Assembly (NCBI GenBank): GCA_965208835.1
Contig: OZ242358.1
Location: forward strand, 288,001 to 352,000
DNA length: 64,000 nucleotides
Direction: 5' to 3'
Source of the DNA: Candidatus Latescibacterota bacterium
GTDB taxonomy: Bacteria; Latescibacterota; UBA2968; GCA-2709665
In this document: positions 21,867 to 31,892 of the stretch, in pieces
How the letters are laid out: every line of letters starts with the position of its first letter
How positions within the stretch are numbered: position 1 is the stretch's first letter
Position numbers and translations under genes: made by a program
Notes under the pieces: model-generated
The model's database searches: none
What the model saw: the letters and a program-made list of their open reading frames with translations, nothing else
Told to the model about the DNA's origin: nothing

Positions 21867-22150
21867 CTGGTGGACTCTCCGCTCTCGCCGTCAGCTGAAC
21901 CAAAACTGCCGTACTGAACAAACTTGAGTACGGCAAATGTTCCGATGAAGTTCAGCAGGACGTAGATCAGCGCCAGGTCGAGAAAATCCGGCCTGCCGGT
22001 AAGAAAGCCCAGCACCGCGATCAGGAGAATCATCTTGGTGCCGAACATATTCGCGGCGAGGATACGGTCGTAAACCGTCGGACCCGCGAACGCCCGAATC
22101 AGAGCCAGAACCATCGTAATCAGGACCGCCGCCATCGCCGATGCAAACAT
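21863..22150 (-). CDS. mrpF: Mrp/Mnh antiporter subunit F
   Basis: GPTVYDRILAAN; ATG in a TGATG overlap (ORF track over-extends the 5' end). Confidence 0.9.
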   Translation of the reverse strand: MFASAMAAVLITMVLALIRAFAGPTVYDRILAANMFGTKMILLIAVLGFLTGRPDFLDLALIYVLLNFIGTFAVLKFVQYGSFGSADGESGESTR

Positions 22151-22635
22151 CAGGACTCTCCCTCCAGTGCCGTGACGCGGCGATCCATCCCGCCGTCCGC
22201 GAGTTCCTCCGCGCTTTCGAGCGAGAGCGCGTGGACCAGCACGACATCGTCTTGCACGTCCACCGACACGGTCCCTGGAGTCAGTGTGATCGAGTTGGCG
22301 TAGATGACCTTCCCGAGCGCGGTTTTCTGGGTTGCCCGGGTACGAATCAGGGTGGGGCTGACCGGCAGCCGCGGATTCAGTATTCGCAATGCCACGTCGA
22401 TATTGGACCGGAAGATGGCAAGCAGCAGCCAGGGAACGTACAGGATTGCGCGGCCGGCCAGGTGGATGGGATGCCCCTCGGAATCGACGATACGCATTCG
22501 CCGGACGATGCCGACCACCGCCAGACATGAGACGATTCCCAGAACGAGAACCAGCGTTCGTTCGATGGTATAATGGCCCGACCAGAGCAGCCATACACCG
22601 AACAACGTAACGCCAAGACTCAGCAGAATTCTCAA
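22150..22635 (-). CDS. mrpE: Mrp/Mnh antiporter subunit E
   Basis: ANSITLTPGT motif; TTG start after GGAGGG. Confidence 0.9.
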   Translation of the reverse strand: MRILLSLGVTLFGVWLLWSGHYTIERTLVLVLGIVSCLAVVGIVRRMRIVDSEGHPIHLAGRAILYVPWLLLAIFRSNIDVALRILNPRLPVSPTLIRTRATQKTALGKVIYANSITLTPGTVSVDVQDDVVLVHALSLESAEELADGGMDRRVTALEGES

Positions 22636-22749
22636 ACCCGGTTCCCTCCGATTCCGTCCTGTCCCGGCACTGACCCGCCATTCGGAAATCCATCCAGGGA
22701 CGGAACACCCACCGCGCAACTGCGGACCGCGCCCGATGTCCGGTTCGAC

Positions 22750-24270
22750 CTATCTGATTTGCTCATCTTTGCGAACCGTCGCGAAGAGTTCGTTCAGGCT
22801 TTCGATCTGCCGGATGCGCACCTGTTCGATCACGAGCTTTGCGGACAACTCGGTCTTTTTCAGAAACGCGCCCGGGTACAGGCCAATCCAGAACATCAGG
22901 ACCACCAGGGGCGTCATAATGAACCATTCACGCAGGGACAGGTCCGGCAGATTCCGGTTGCGTTCGTCTTTCACCTCTCCCCACACCACGCGCTGGAACA
23001 TCCACAGCATGTACACGGCGGCAAGGACGACACCCGACGCGGCTATGATGCCATACACCATGTTTGCCTTAAAGGCTCCGAGAAGGATCAGAAACTCGCC
23101 GACAAACCCGTTCAGCCCGGGAAGTCCGATGGAAGAAAGCGTTGTAATCAAAAAGAAGGTGGCGAATACCGGAATGGTTTTGGCCAGTCCGCCATAATCC
23201 GCAATCAGCCGCGTATGCCGTCGTTCGTATATCATGCCCACGATCAGAAACAGCGCTCCCGTTGAAAGTCCGTGGTTCACCATCTGGATGATTCCGCCCT
23301 GCATACCCTGGGCGTTCATGGCAAAGATGCCCAGGACCACGAAACCCAGGTGGCTCACACTCGAGTACGCCACCAGTTTCTTGATGTCCGTCTGTACCAT
23401 CGCGACCAGGGCGCCGTACACGATGCCGACCACGGAGAGCGCCATGATGTAAGGCGTGAAGTACAACGCCGCCAGCGGGAACAGCGGCAGACAGAACCGG
23501 ATCAACCCGTAGGTCCCCATCTTGAGCAGAACCCCCGCCAGGATGACACTGCCCGCCGTTGGCGCCTCCACGTGCGCGTCCGGCAACCAGGTATGAAGCG
23601 GGAACAGCGGGACCTTTATGGCGAAACTCAGGAAGAACGCCAGGAAGAGCCAGTGTTGTTGCGGGTGCAGATAGGTCATCTTCTGAAGAACCATGAGATC
23701 GAAGGTACCGTACTGCAGACCGAGATAGACAATCGCCACGAGCATCAACAGGCTGCCCGCCAGGGTAAACAGCACGAACTTCACCGCCGCATAGATCCGA
23801 CGTTCGCCGCCCCAGACGCCGATCAACAGAACCATCGGAATCAGCATGGCCTCCCAGAACACGTAGAAGAGGAACAGGTCAAGGGCGCAGAACACCCCTA
23901 CCATCCCCGTTTCCAGCAGAAGCATCGAAGCCATGTACTCCCGCACACGGGACGTGATCGACGACCATGAGGCAAGAATCGCCAGGAAGGTGAGCAGCGT
24001 GGTCACCAGTACCAGCAACAGGCTGATTCCGTCGATCCCCACGAAATACGAGATGCCGAACTGGCCCACCCATTCTGCCTTTTCCACAAACTGCATCCCG
24101 GGAACGCCCGCTCTGAATTCGACGTACAGCAAGACAGACAGCAGCAGGTTCACAAATGCCACGGCCAGAGCGAAAGCGCGGCTGAATCCGTCCCGCCCGC
24201 GACCGAACAGCAGGACCAGCACGCCGCCGGTCAACGGTATGAAGATCAGGCTTGTAAGGAGTCCGGGCAT
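22750..24270 (-). CDS. nuoM: NADH-quinone oxidoreductase subunit M
   Basis: FPLHTWLPDAHVEAPTAGSVILAGVLLKMG. Confidence 0.95.
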   Translation of the reverse strand: MPGLLTSLIFIPLTGGVLVLLFGRGRDGFSRAFALAVAFVNLLLSVLLYVEFRAGVPGMQFVEKAEWVGQFGISYFVGIDGISLLLVLVTTLLTFLAILASWSSITSRVREYMASMLLLETGMVGVFCALDLFLFYVFWEAMLIPMVLLIGVWGGERRIYAAVKFVLFTLAGSLLMLVAIVYLGLQYGTFDLMVLQKMTYLHPQQHWLFLAFFLSFAIKVPLFPLHTWLPDAHVEAPTAGSVILAGVLLKMGTYGLIRFCLPLFPLAALYFTPYIMALSVVGIVYGALVAMVQTDIKKLVAYSSVSHLGFVVLGIFAMNAQGMQGGIIQMVNHGLSTGALFLIVGMIYERRHTRLIADYGGLAKTIPVFATFFLITTLSSIGLPGLNGFVGEFLILLGAFKANMVYGIIAASGVVLAAVYMLWMFQRVVWGEVKDERNRNLPDLSLREWFIMTPLVVLMFWIGLYPGAFLKKTELSAKLVIEQVRIRQIESLNELFATVRKDEQIR

Positions 24271-24420
24271 GCGTTCGATTCCTAAACCTTGATTCGTAAG
24301 ATTTCGTAGACGTTAAATCGAATATGTGCTAGTTAATAAAGGCGATTGGAAAGCGGATTACCAGGATACACCAGGTCACTGGACGCGTTCGTGACCTCTC
24401 CTCCCAGCAGCCCGACCACC

Positions 24421-24579
24421 GGGTGAGACGTAAGACGGGAGAGGGTAGAGATTACCAGCCTTGTGAGGATTCTTCTCGTGCCGGAGGCAAGAAGGTACAA
24501 AAATAGCGGGCGAGTATTTCTTCTACCGTCTACCGGCTCCCGTCTCACCGCTTTTCGTCTGCCCTCTACCCTCTACCCG
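24421..24579 (+). repeat. Repeat family C, copy 3 (between nuoL and nuoM)
   Basis: GTAGAGATTACCAGCCTTGTGAGG...TCGTGCCGGAGGCAAG with heptamer arms. Confidence 0.8.
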
Positions 24580-24630
24580 CATTCAGACTTTTCGTGGCCA
24601 ATATGACTGTCGCCTTTTTTCGAATTGAGG

Positions 24631-26502
24631 TTAATTTTCCGACACATAATAAATCACCGCAACCACGCCAAGCACCATCCAGAGCGCATAGGTAGGCGCG
24701 TTACCCGACTGGAAGCGGGTAACGACCCAGCCGCCGCCTTTCACCAGCAGACCCAGCCCGTTCGCGATCCCATCCACCACGATTGCATCGATAACACGCG
24801 CCAATACCAGCGAAAGCCGATGAATCGGCCGCACAATGAAGGCGTGGTAAATCTCGTCGACGTACCACTTTCGAGTCAGCAGCCCGTGAACGGAATTGGA
24901 GGATTCCGCTCCCAGCCGGCCCGCTCTGTGCATCCGGTATGCAATCCCGATTCCGAGCAGACCCGCAAGGACGGAAATCCCCACCAGCATCCCACCGGAC
25001 AATCCTCCCGATGCAGTATGACGGGCCGCGCCGGCCGTATCGTTCAGGAATGCATCGATCCAGCCCTGCCCCGGTGGAACGCCCACGAAGCCGACGACGG
25101 CCGATCCCAGCGCCAGAACGACCAGCGGGACGGTCATGTTATACGGGGACTCGTGAGCGTGGTCGTACAGCTGCCGGTCCCGGGGCTGTCCATGGAACGT
25201 CATCAGGATCAGCCGGAACATATAAAAAGCCGTAAGGACAGCCCCCACGACGCCGAGAGCCCAGATCGCCAGGTTTCCGGAGCGGTACGCACTCACCAGG
25301 ATTTCGTCCTTGCTCCAGAAGCCGGCCAGCGGCGGAATTCCCGCGATGGCGAGCGCGCCGATCCAGAACGTAACGCCGGTGATCCGCATCTTGCGCAGCA
25401 GCCCTCCCATCTTCCGCATATCCAGTTCGTCCTGCATCGCATGCATCACACTGCCCGCCGCCAGAAACATCAGACCCTTGAAGAAAGCGTGCGTGAACAG
25501 GTGGAAAATTCCGGCAGTATATGCGCCCACCCCCACGCCAATGAACATGTACCCCAGCTGGCTGACCGTTGAATAGGCAAGCACCCGCTTGATGTCGGTA
25601 TTCACCAGCGCGATGGTCGCGGCCAGCAACGCCGTGGCGACGCCGACCCAGGCCACTACGGTGCCGGCGGTGGGCGCGAGCATATAAAGCACATTCGAGC
25701 GCGCGACCATATAGACCCCCGCCGTGACCATCGTGGCCGCATGGATCAGGGAACTCACGGGCGTGGGACCTTCCATCGCATCGGGCAGCCAGACGTAAAG
25801 CGGAAACTGCGCCGACTTCCCGCAGGCGCCCACGAAGAGAAGCAGCGCAATCGCCGTCGCGACCCCCGTAGACAACATCAGAGGCGCCTTTTCGAATACC
25901 TCGGTGTACTGCACCGTGCCCAGATAGCTTACCATCAAAAAAATGCCGAGCAGGAAACCGAAGTCCCCGATCCGGTTCACGATGAACGCCTTCTTGCCGG
26001 CATCGGAAGCGGACTTCCGCTCGTACCAGAAGCCGATGAGGAGATATGAACACAATCCCACGCCTTCCCACCCCACGAACATCAGCAGATAATTGTTCGC
26101 GAGCACCAGAACCAGCATCGAGAAGACAAAAAGGTTCAGGTATGCGAAGAATCTGGCAAACCCCGGGTCGTTGCGCATGTATCCGATAGAATACACATGG
26201 ATCAGAAACGAGATTGTCGTCACCGTCACGATCATGATCGTTGACAATGCATCGACCTGGAACCCCACCGAGGCTTTGAACGACCCCGCCGCAATCCACG
26301 CGTACACGTCTTCATTCAATTCTCCTCCGCCCATCACCCAGAACAGAACGCGCAGTGACAGAATCCAGGAGAGACCGACGGCCGCGGCGCCGATGTATCC
26401 GGACGCCTCCCGAAGCCGGTACCCGAACAAACCGTTGACGGCCGCGCCGGCAAGCGGAAAGAGAATGATCAGAATGACTACGGTCAGCATTTTCAATTCC
26501 AT
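24631..26502 (-). CDS. nuoL: NADH-quinone oxidoreductase subunit L
   Basis: GKSAQFPLYVWLPDAMEGPTPVSSLIHAATMV; exact start uncertain (26490-26511). Confidence 0.95.
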   Translation of the reverse strand: MELKMLTVVILIILFPLAGAAVNGLFGYRLREASGYIGAAAVGLSWILSLRVLFWVMGGGELNEDVYAWIAAGSFKASVGFQVDALSTIMIVTVTTISFLIHVYSIGYMRNDPGFARFFAYLNLFVFSMLVLVLANNYLLMFVGWEGVGLCSYLLIGFWYERKSASDAGKKAFIVNRIGDFGFLLGIFLMVSYLGTVQYTEVFEKAPLMLSTGVATAIALLLFVGACGKSAQFPLYVWLPDAMEGPTPVSSLIHAATMVTAGVYMVARSNVLYMLAPTAGTVVAWVGVATALLAATIALVNTDIKRVLAYSTVSQLGYMFIGVGVGAYTAGIFHLFTHAFFKGLMFLAAGSVMHAMQDELDMRKMGGLLRKMRITGVTFWIGALAIAGIPPLAGFWSKDEILVSAYRSGNLAIWALGVVGAVLTAFYMFRLILMTFHGQPRDRQLYDHAHESPYNMTVPLVVLALGSAVVGFVGVPPGQGWIDAFLNDTAGAARHTASGGLSGGMLVGISVLAGLLGIGIAYRMHRAGRLGAESSNSVHGLLTRKWYVDEIYHAFIVRPIHRLSLVLARVIDAIVVDGIANGLGLLVKGGGWVVTRFQSGNAPTYALWMVLGVVAVIYYVSEN

Positions 26503-26533
26503 GCAAATCAACAGACAGGGTAAAACGCAACGC

Positions 26534-26839
26534 CTACCATTTCAACAGATTCACGTCACCCACGTCCAAAGTCTGCCTGTTCCTGTAGAGCGCAATGATG
26601 ATCGCCAGTCCGACCGCCACTTCGGCAGCGGACACCGCCATCACGAAAAACACGAATACCTGTCCGGAACCCGAACCCATATAGCGCGCCATCGTCACAA
26701 ACAGGAGATTGACCGCGTTCAGCATCAGTTCGATGCACATGAAGATCACGATCGCATTGCGACGAATCAGCACGCCCGTCACGCCGATGGCGAACAGCAT
26801 CGCGCTCAGTATCAGATAATAGGTAACCGGAACTGCCAT
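26534..26839 (-). CDS. nuoK: NADH-quinone oxidoreductase subunit K
   Basis: [18 protein letters not shown]. Confidence 0.95.
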   Translation of the reverse strand: MAVPVTYYLILSAMLFAIGVTGVLIRRNAIVIFMCIELMLNAVNLLFVTMARYMGSGSGQVFVFFVMAVSAAEVAVGLAIIIALYRNRQTLDVGDVNLLKW

Positions 26840-26916
26840 CTCGATCTCACTGTTATGCGGCCTTCACGAATTCACCGCGAATACAAAAGCCGGACGGGCG
26901 TTTGCGCCCTGACGAA

Positions 26917-27453
26917 TCAGGGCGCCTGCCTGGATTGGTTTCCTCCGCTTTCGCGGTCCCCTTTCACCATGACCATCACGCCGATCAGGGCGACCAGCAG
27001 AATAAGGGAAACCACCTCGAAAGGAAACAGATACCTGGTATACAGCATTTTGCCGATGGTGTTGATGTTGTCGGTAAACAGCGGCGCGTCGCCCGACGCG
27101 GGCGTGCCGACCCAACGCCGTCCTGCCATGAAGCCCAGTTGCGCCACCAGAGCCGCCGCCAGCAGGACAACGGCGACGCGTCGATATTTGCCCGCGACGC
27201 GCTCGAGGGTGTCGGAATGCCCCAGGTTCAGAAGCATGATTACGAACAGGAAGAGTACCATGATTGCGCCGGCGTACACGATAATCTGTACCACCGCAAG
27301 GAAATACGCATTCAGCAAAACAAAAAGCCCTGCCAGGGCGAAGAACGCAGCCACCAGAGACAGGGCGCTGTAGACCGGATTTCGAAACGCGACGAGGAGT
27401 ACTGCCGCAACCAGCGCGATTGCGGCAAAAACGAAAAAGAATATTTGCTCCAT
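26917..27453 (-). CDS. nuoJ: NADH-quinone oxidoreductase subunit J
   Basis: QIIVYAGAIMVLFLFVIMLL; start MEQIFF after GGGAGGG RBS. Confidence 0.93.
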   Translation of the reverse strand: MEQIFFFVFAAIALVAAVLLVAFRNPVYSALSLVAAFFALAGLFVLLNAYFLAVVQIIVYAGAIMVLFLFVIMLLNLGHSDTLERVAGKYRRVAVVLLAAALVAQLGFMAGRRWVGTPASGDAPLFTDNINTIGKMLYTRYLFPFEVVSLILLVALIGVMVMVKGDRESGGNQSRQAP

Positions 27454-27478
27454 TATCCCTCCCGCAGGGCGCCGCTTG

Positions 27479-27666
27479 GAAGCTGTTTTAAAATTACCGG
27501 TGAGTTCCCGAGCGCGAGCGAAAAAGTGGCGGTCAAGGCGGGAAAAGCCGCCCATATCCAATGTATCGTGGCTGCGCGCCCCTCGCCACTCTTGGGTGGG
27601 TTTGACCAACGCCGACCGGCGCTTTTGCAGCCGCGCGAAGACCGCTGGGAGTTTTAAAACAGCTTC
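27479..27666. mobile_element. MITE family A, copy 2 (188 bp), at the position where nuoI normally lies
   Basis: TIR GAAGCTGTTTTAAAA / TTTTAAAACAGCTTC. Confidence 0.85.
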
Positions 27667-27676
27667 TCAGTGTCAC

Positions 27677-28717
27677 TTAGTACGTTAGTGTCAGATAAAG
27701 CCCGGTCAAAAAGACGTTCAGAAGCGCCAGCGGCAGCAGCACCTTCCACCCCAGCCACATCACCTGATCGTACCGGAAGCGCGGAAGGGTCCAGCGTACC
27801 CACAGGAACAGGAACATGAAGAATCCGGTCTTGACCAGAAACGCGAGTACTTTGAGCAGGCTGGCGCCAAGCGAGGTACTTCCGGGATCCACCAGCCAGG
27901 GCATGTGCCAGCCACCGAAGAACAGCGTGGCGATAACGGCCGACGCCGTAATCATATGGGCATACTCGGCCATGAAGAACATGGCGAACTTCATACTGCT
28001 GTACTCGGCGTGATATCCGGCCACCAGTTCCTGTTCGGATTCCGGCAGATCGAACGGCAGCCGGTTGCTCTCGGCGAACGCGGCCGCGGTAAACAGCACG
28101 AACCCGAGCGGCTGCGTGAATACGTTCCATCCAGGCAGGAAACCGAACAGCGTCCGTTCCGACTGCTGCCTGACGATTTCATCCAGTTGCAACGTGCCCG
28201 CGGCCATCAGCACGCCGATCAGCGACAGCCCGAGCGCCAGTTCGTAGCTGATCATCTGCGCGGACGCCCGCAGCCCGCCCAGGAGGGCATACTTGTTGTT
28301 GGACGCCCAACCGCCAAGCACCACGCCGTAGACCCCCAGCGACGCCAGTGCAAGGAGATAGAGGATGCCAATATTCAAGTCCGCGATCTGCAGCCGGATC
28401 TCGCGGCCCCACAGGATAATGGAATCACCGAACGGTACGATGGCGAAACCCATGAGTGCGGGAACGAGAATGGCGGGCGGCGCGGCCAGATAGACGAAGC
28501 GGTTCACGTGCCGGGGGATTACGTCTTCCTTGAAGAGAAACTTGAGACCGTCGGCAATCGGCTGGAGCAATCCCCACGGCCCCACCCGGTTCGGCCCCAG
28601 ACGGTTCTGGATATATGCGCTGATCTTCCGCTCCGCCAGTACGAGATAGGCGACCGCGCCCATGAGCCCGCCGAATACCACAACGACCTTTACCGTACTC
28701 TCAATCGCGAAATCCAT
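27677..28717 (-). CDS. nuoH: NADH-quinone oxidoreductase subunit H
   Basis: GPNRVGPWGLLQPIADGLK, NRLPFDLPESEQELVAGY. Confidence 0.96.
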   Translation of the reverse strand: MDFAIESTVKVVVVFGGLMGAVAYLVLAERKISAYIQNRLGPNRVGPWGLLQPIADGLKFLFKEDVIPRHVNRFVYLAAPPAILVPALMGFAIVPFGDSIILWGREIRLQIADLNIGILYLLALASLGVYGVVLGGWASNNKYALLGGLRASAQMISYELALGLSLIGVLMAAGTLQLDEIVRQQSERTLFGFLPGWNVFTQPLGFVLFTAAAFAESNRLPFDLPESEQELVAGYHAEYSSMKFAMFFMAEYAHMITASAVIATLFFGGWHMPWLVDPGSTSLGASLLKVLAFLVKTGFFMFLFLWVRWTLPRFRYDQVMWLGWKVLLPLALLNVFLTGLYLTLTY

Positions 28718-28719
28718 AG

Positions 28720-28905
28720 GAAGTTGTTTAAAAATTACCGGTGAGTTCCCGAGCGCGAGCGAAAAAGTGGCGGTCCAGGCGGGAAAACCCGGCTATGAGA
28801 GGCGAGCAAGCGCAGCCTCGATCTCGTAAGACGGGTGGGTTTGACCAACGCCGACCGGCGCTTTTGCAGCCGCGCGAAGTCCGCTGGGAATTTTAAGACA
28901 GCTTC
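28720..28905. mobile_element. MITE family A, copy 3 (186 bp)
   Basis: TIR GAAGTTGTTTAAAAAT / ATTTTAAGACAGCTTC; ends 2 nt from the nuoH ATG. Confidence 0.85.
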
Positions 28906-28911
28906 TACGAT

Positions 28912-30528
28912 CTATGTTCCGGCTGCCTCGATCTCAATGAGCGGTCGGCCCTCATCACCGATAACGTCGTAGTCCATCTCTTTGAATGCCGCGACGATAT
29001 TCGACATGTCGGCCAGGACCTCTTCGACCCCGGTCTGCGTGGCCTCGCCCCCCATCACAAGGTTGACGTCCCGCAGGATCTCCCAGTCGGGCCGCGCGTC
29101 GCCCGCTGGCGCCAGGCCCTGTCTTATACGCTGCACCCGTCCGTCGACGTTTGTAAACGTGCCGTCCTTCTCGATAAAGGCCGCACCGGGAAGGACCACG
29201 TCCGCCATCGCCGTCCAATCGTGGGTCAGTACATCCTGAACGACCAGGAATTCCAAAGATGAGAGCGCCGCCTGTTCCTCGTCGGACAACGATTCCAGTG
29301 GATCACCGCCCACCAGGTAGAGTCCCCGAATCCGCCCTTCGGCCACGCCGCGCCAGATCTCGGAGGTCTCGACTGGAGACAACCCCAGACCCTCGAGAAC
29401 GGACCGCGCACCGCGTGCGTTCGGAGACTTGTCGGCGTGAATGGTGAATCCGCCCTTGAACACCACGTCGCCTTCGTCGCTGACGCGGTTACGTACCGCG
29501 ACGGGGCCTCCGGCCAGCCCGCTGCGGAAAAGGCTTCCGAACAGGTAGTGCTCTTCGTTGGTGAGACAGGCCGATGCAATGCCGGCCACGGCATTCTCGC
29601 CGTAATCCGTCCGAATGCGTTCGAACCCCGCCCTTGCCGCCTCCAGCGCGGCCTCCCACAATGCCAGTTCCTGTTCCTCGCCTCTTCCCAACATCGGAAA
29701 CAGAAGGCGGTCGTCGCTGTGGACATATCCCCACCCGTGGCGGCCGTCGTCACACATCCAGTACTCGTTCACGTCCGGATTCTGACGCGGCACGAGCCGG
29801 TAGATCCGTTCGTTGTTGTAATCGGCCCTGATGTTGCAGCCCGTGCTGCATCCGGGGCAGATGGTGTCAACCGACTTCAGAAACCATACACGCTGCTTGA
29901 AAAGGAACGACTTGTCCAGCAGCGCGCCCACCGGGCAGATATCGACTGTATTGCCGGACAGGCGATTGTCCATCCGCGCCCCCGGGAAGACGTCGATCTC
30001 GTTGTGGACGCCCCTGTTGAAATACCCGAGTTCGCCCGTGCCGGAAATCTCGTCGCAGAACCGGATACAGCGGGTACACCGGATGCACCTGTCGGAATAC
30101 AGCAACACGTGCCGGCCGATGTCTTTCTTGGGCTGTACCAGCTTCTTCTCGTGATACCGGCTCCTGTCGGATCCGTAGGTATAGCTGTAATCCTGCAGTT
30201 CGCACTCTCCGGACTGATCGCACACGGGACAGTCCAGCGGATGGTTCACCAGCAGGAACTCCATTACCGCATTCTGGTTTTCCTTGACGACGTCGGACTG
30301 CGTATCCACAACCATACCCTCGGCAGGCATGGCGGAGCAGGAAGGTCCAAGGCTGCTTCGGCCGCCCACCTCCATCTCCACAAGGCACATACGGCAGTTT
30401 GCCGGCGCGCTCAGCCCCGGGTGGTAGCAATAGTGCGGAACGTATATTCCGTTATCGATCGCCGTCTGGAGTACGTTCTTTCCGGGGACGATCTCGATTT
30501 CACTGCCATCTATGGTAAATGTCGGCAT
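28912..30528 (-). CDS. nuoG: NADH-quinone oxidoreductase subunit G (short form)
   Basis: HYCYHPGL..ANCRMC, NHPLDCPVCDQSGEC, CIRCTRCIRFC, CPGCSTGC Fe-S motifs. Confidence 0.92.
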   Translation of the reverse strand: MPTFTIDGSEIEIVPGKNVLQTAIDNGIYVPHYCYHPGLSAPANCRMCLVEMEVGGRSSLGPSCSAMPAEGMVVDTQSDVVKENQNAVMEFLLVNHPLDCPVCDQSGECELQDYSYTYGSDRSRYHEKKLVQPKKDIGRHVLLYSDRCIRCTRCIRFCDEISGTGELGYFNRGVHNEIDVFPGARMDNRLSGNTVDICPVGALLDKSFLFKQRVWFLKSVDTICPGCSTGCNIRADYNNERIYRLVPRQNPDVNEYWMCDDGRHGWGYVHSDDRLLFPMLGRGEEQELALWEAALEAARAGFERIRTDYGENAVAGIASACLTNEEHYLFGSLFRSGLAGGPVAVRNRVSDEGDVVFKGGFTIHADKSPNARGARSVLEGLGLSPVETSEIWRGVAEGRIRGLYLVGGDPLESLSDEEQAALSSLEFLVVQDVLTHDWTAMADVVLPGAAFIEKDGTFTNVDGRVQRIRQGLAPAGDARPDWEILRDVNLVMGGEATQTGVEEVLADMSNIVAAFKEMDYDVIGDEGRPLIEIEAAGT

Positions 30529-30582
30529 AGTTGCTTACCTTCGAACCCGATTGGAGTTTTCCTGGTGAACGGGGCATCGTCC

Positions 30583-31872
30583 TTACTTAATATGGGCCTC
30601 GAATTCGTCGCGGAACGTATGTACGAATCCGTGGATCGGATTTGCAAATGCCCCGCCGAAACCGCATATGGTTGTCAACCTCGAGGGCGGGCACAAAAAC
30701 GGCCCGACGTTATTGGCGACGTCGAGCAGCGTATCCAGGTCGCCCGGTTTCCCGAGACCGTTTTCGATTCGCCACACGATGTCTCGAGCCCAGGGACATC
30801 CCTCGCGGCACGGCGTACACTGACCGCAGGACTCGTGCGCGAAGAAGACCATGAAATTCAACAACGCATCCACCATGCAGGTTGTTTCGTCCATCACGAT
30901 GATCCCGCCCGTACCGAACATGCCCTGGAAGTCGCCGCCGCCCGGCGCCAGGAAGTTCGACGGGTCCATCACGATATCGATCTGGTCGGGCGTCATCGGA
31001 GGTGTTGAGGCCCCGCCCGGAATCACGGCTTTCAGTTCACGTCCGTCGCGTACGCCGCCCGCGAAATCCTCGATGATCTGGCGCATCGTGAACGCGCCGG
31101 TTTCCAGTTCGAACATCCCCGGCCTGTTCACGTGCCCGCTGACACAGAATATGAACGTGCCCGGAAACCGTTCGCTGCCGATACCCTTGAACCAGTCCGC
31201 GCCCCGGTTCACGATATGGGGAACGTAGGAAAGCGTCTGGACGTTATTCACCGTGGTGGGCCGTTCGAAAACACCCTGCTGGGCGGGAAACGGAGGTTTT
31301 GAACGCGGCTCGGCGCGGTTGCCGTTAAGGGACTGGATCAGACCCATTTCCTCGCCGCAGATATATGCGCCGGCCCCGGGGTGGACGTAGACCTCCAGAT
31401 CGTAGCCGGACCCCAGAATGTCCCGGCCGATGTAACCCGCGGCCCGCGCCTCGGCAATCGCCTGTTCCACGATCGTCCTCGCCTCGAACATTTCGCCGCG
31501 GATATAGACGTATGCCACGCTCACCCGCATCGCGTACGACGCGATGATGGTACCTTCAAGCATCTGATGCGGATTCTGCTCCATCAGGTGCCGGTCCTTG
31601 AACGTGCCCGGTTCGCTCTCGTCGGCATTGACACAGAGATAGCTGGGCTCTTTGGGCTCTTTCGGCATGAAACCCCATTTTACGCCTGCCGGAAACCACG
31701 CGCCTCCCCGTCCCGCCAGCGACGCCTCCCGCACCTCGTCGATCACCTCGTCCTGCGACATTCCAAAGGCCTTCTCAATGGCGCTGTATCCGCCATGGGC
31801 CCTGTAGACGTCTATATTCTGGAGGCCTTCGACGCCGAAGCCTTCGGTGATGATCTTGTATTCTTCGGGCAT
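30583..31872 (-). CDS. nuoF: NADH-quinone oxidoreductase subunit F
   Basis: GRGGA.FPAGVKW, NADESEPGTFKDR, GAGAYICGEE, ESCGQCTPCREG. Confidence 0.96.
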   Translation of the reverse strand: MPEEYKIITEGFGVEGLQNIDVYRAHGGYSAIEKAFGMSQDEVIDEVREASLAGRGGAWFPAGVKWGFMPKEPKEPSYLCVNADESEPGTFKDRHLMEQNPHQMLEGTIIASYAMRVSVAYVYIRGEMFEARTIVEQAIAEARAAGYIGRDILGSGYDLEVYVHPGAGAYICGEEMGLIQSLNGNRAEPRSKPPFPAQQGVFERPTTVNNVQTLSYVPHIVNRGADWFKGIGSERFPGTFIFCVSGHVNRPGMFELETGAFTMRQIIEDFAGGVRDGRELKAVIPGGASTPPMTPDQIDIVMDPSNFLAPGGGDFQGMFGTGGIIVMDETTCMVDALLNFMVFFAHESCGQCTPCREGCPWARDIVWRIENGLGKPGDLDTLLDVANNVGPFLCPPSRLTTICGFGGAFANPIHGFVHTFRDEFEAHIK

Positions 31873-31892
31873 ATCCGGTCAACCGTTCTGTT

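Noticed and set aside
27454-27609. N-terminal extension of NuoJ given by the ORF track
   Set aside because: It is read-through of MITE copy 2; a good RBS precedes ATG 27453
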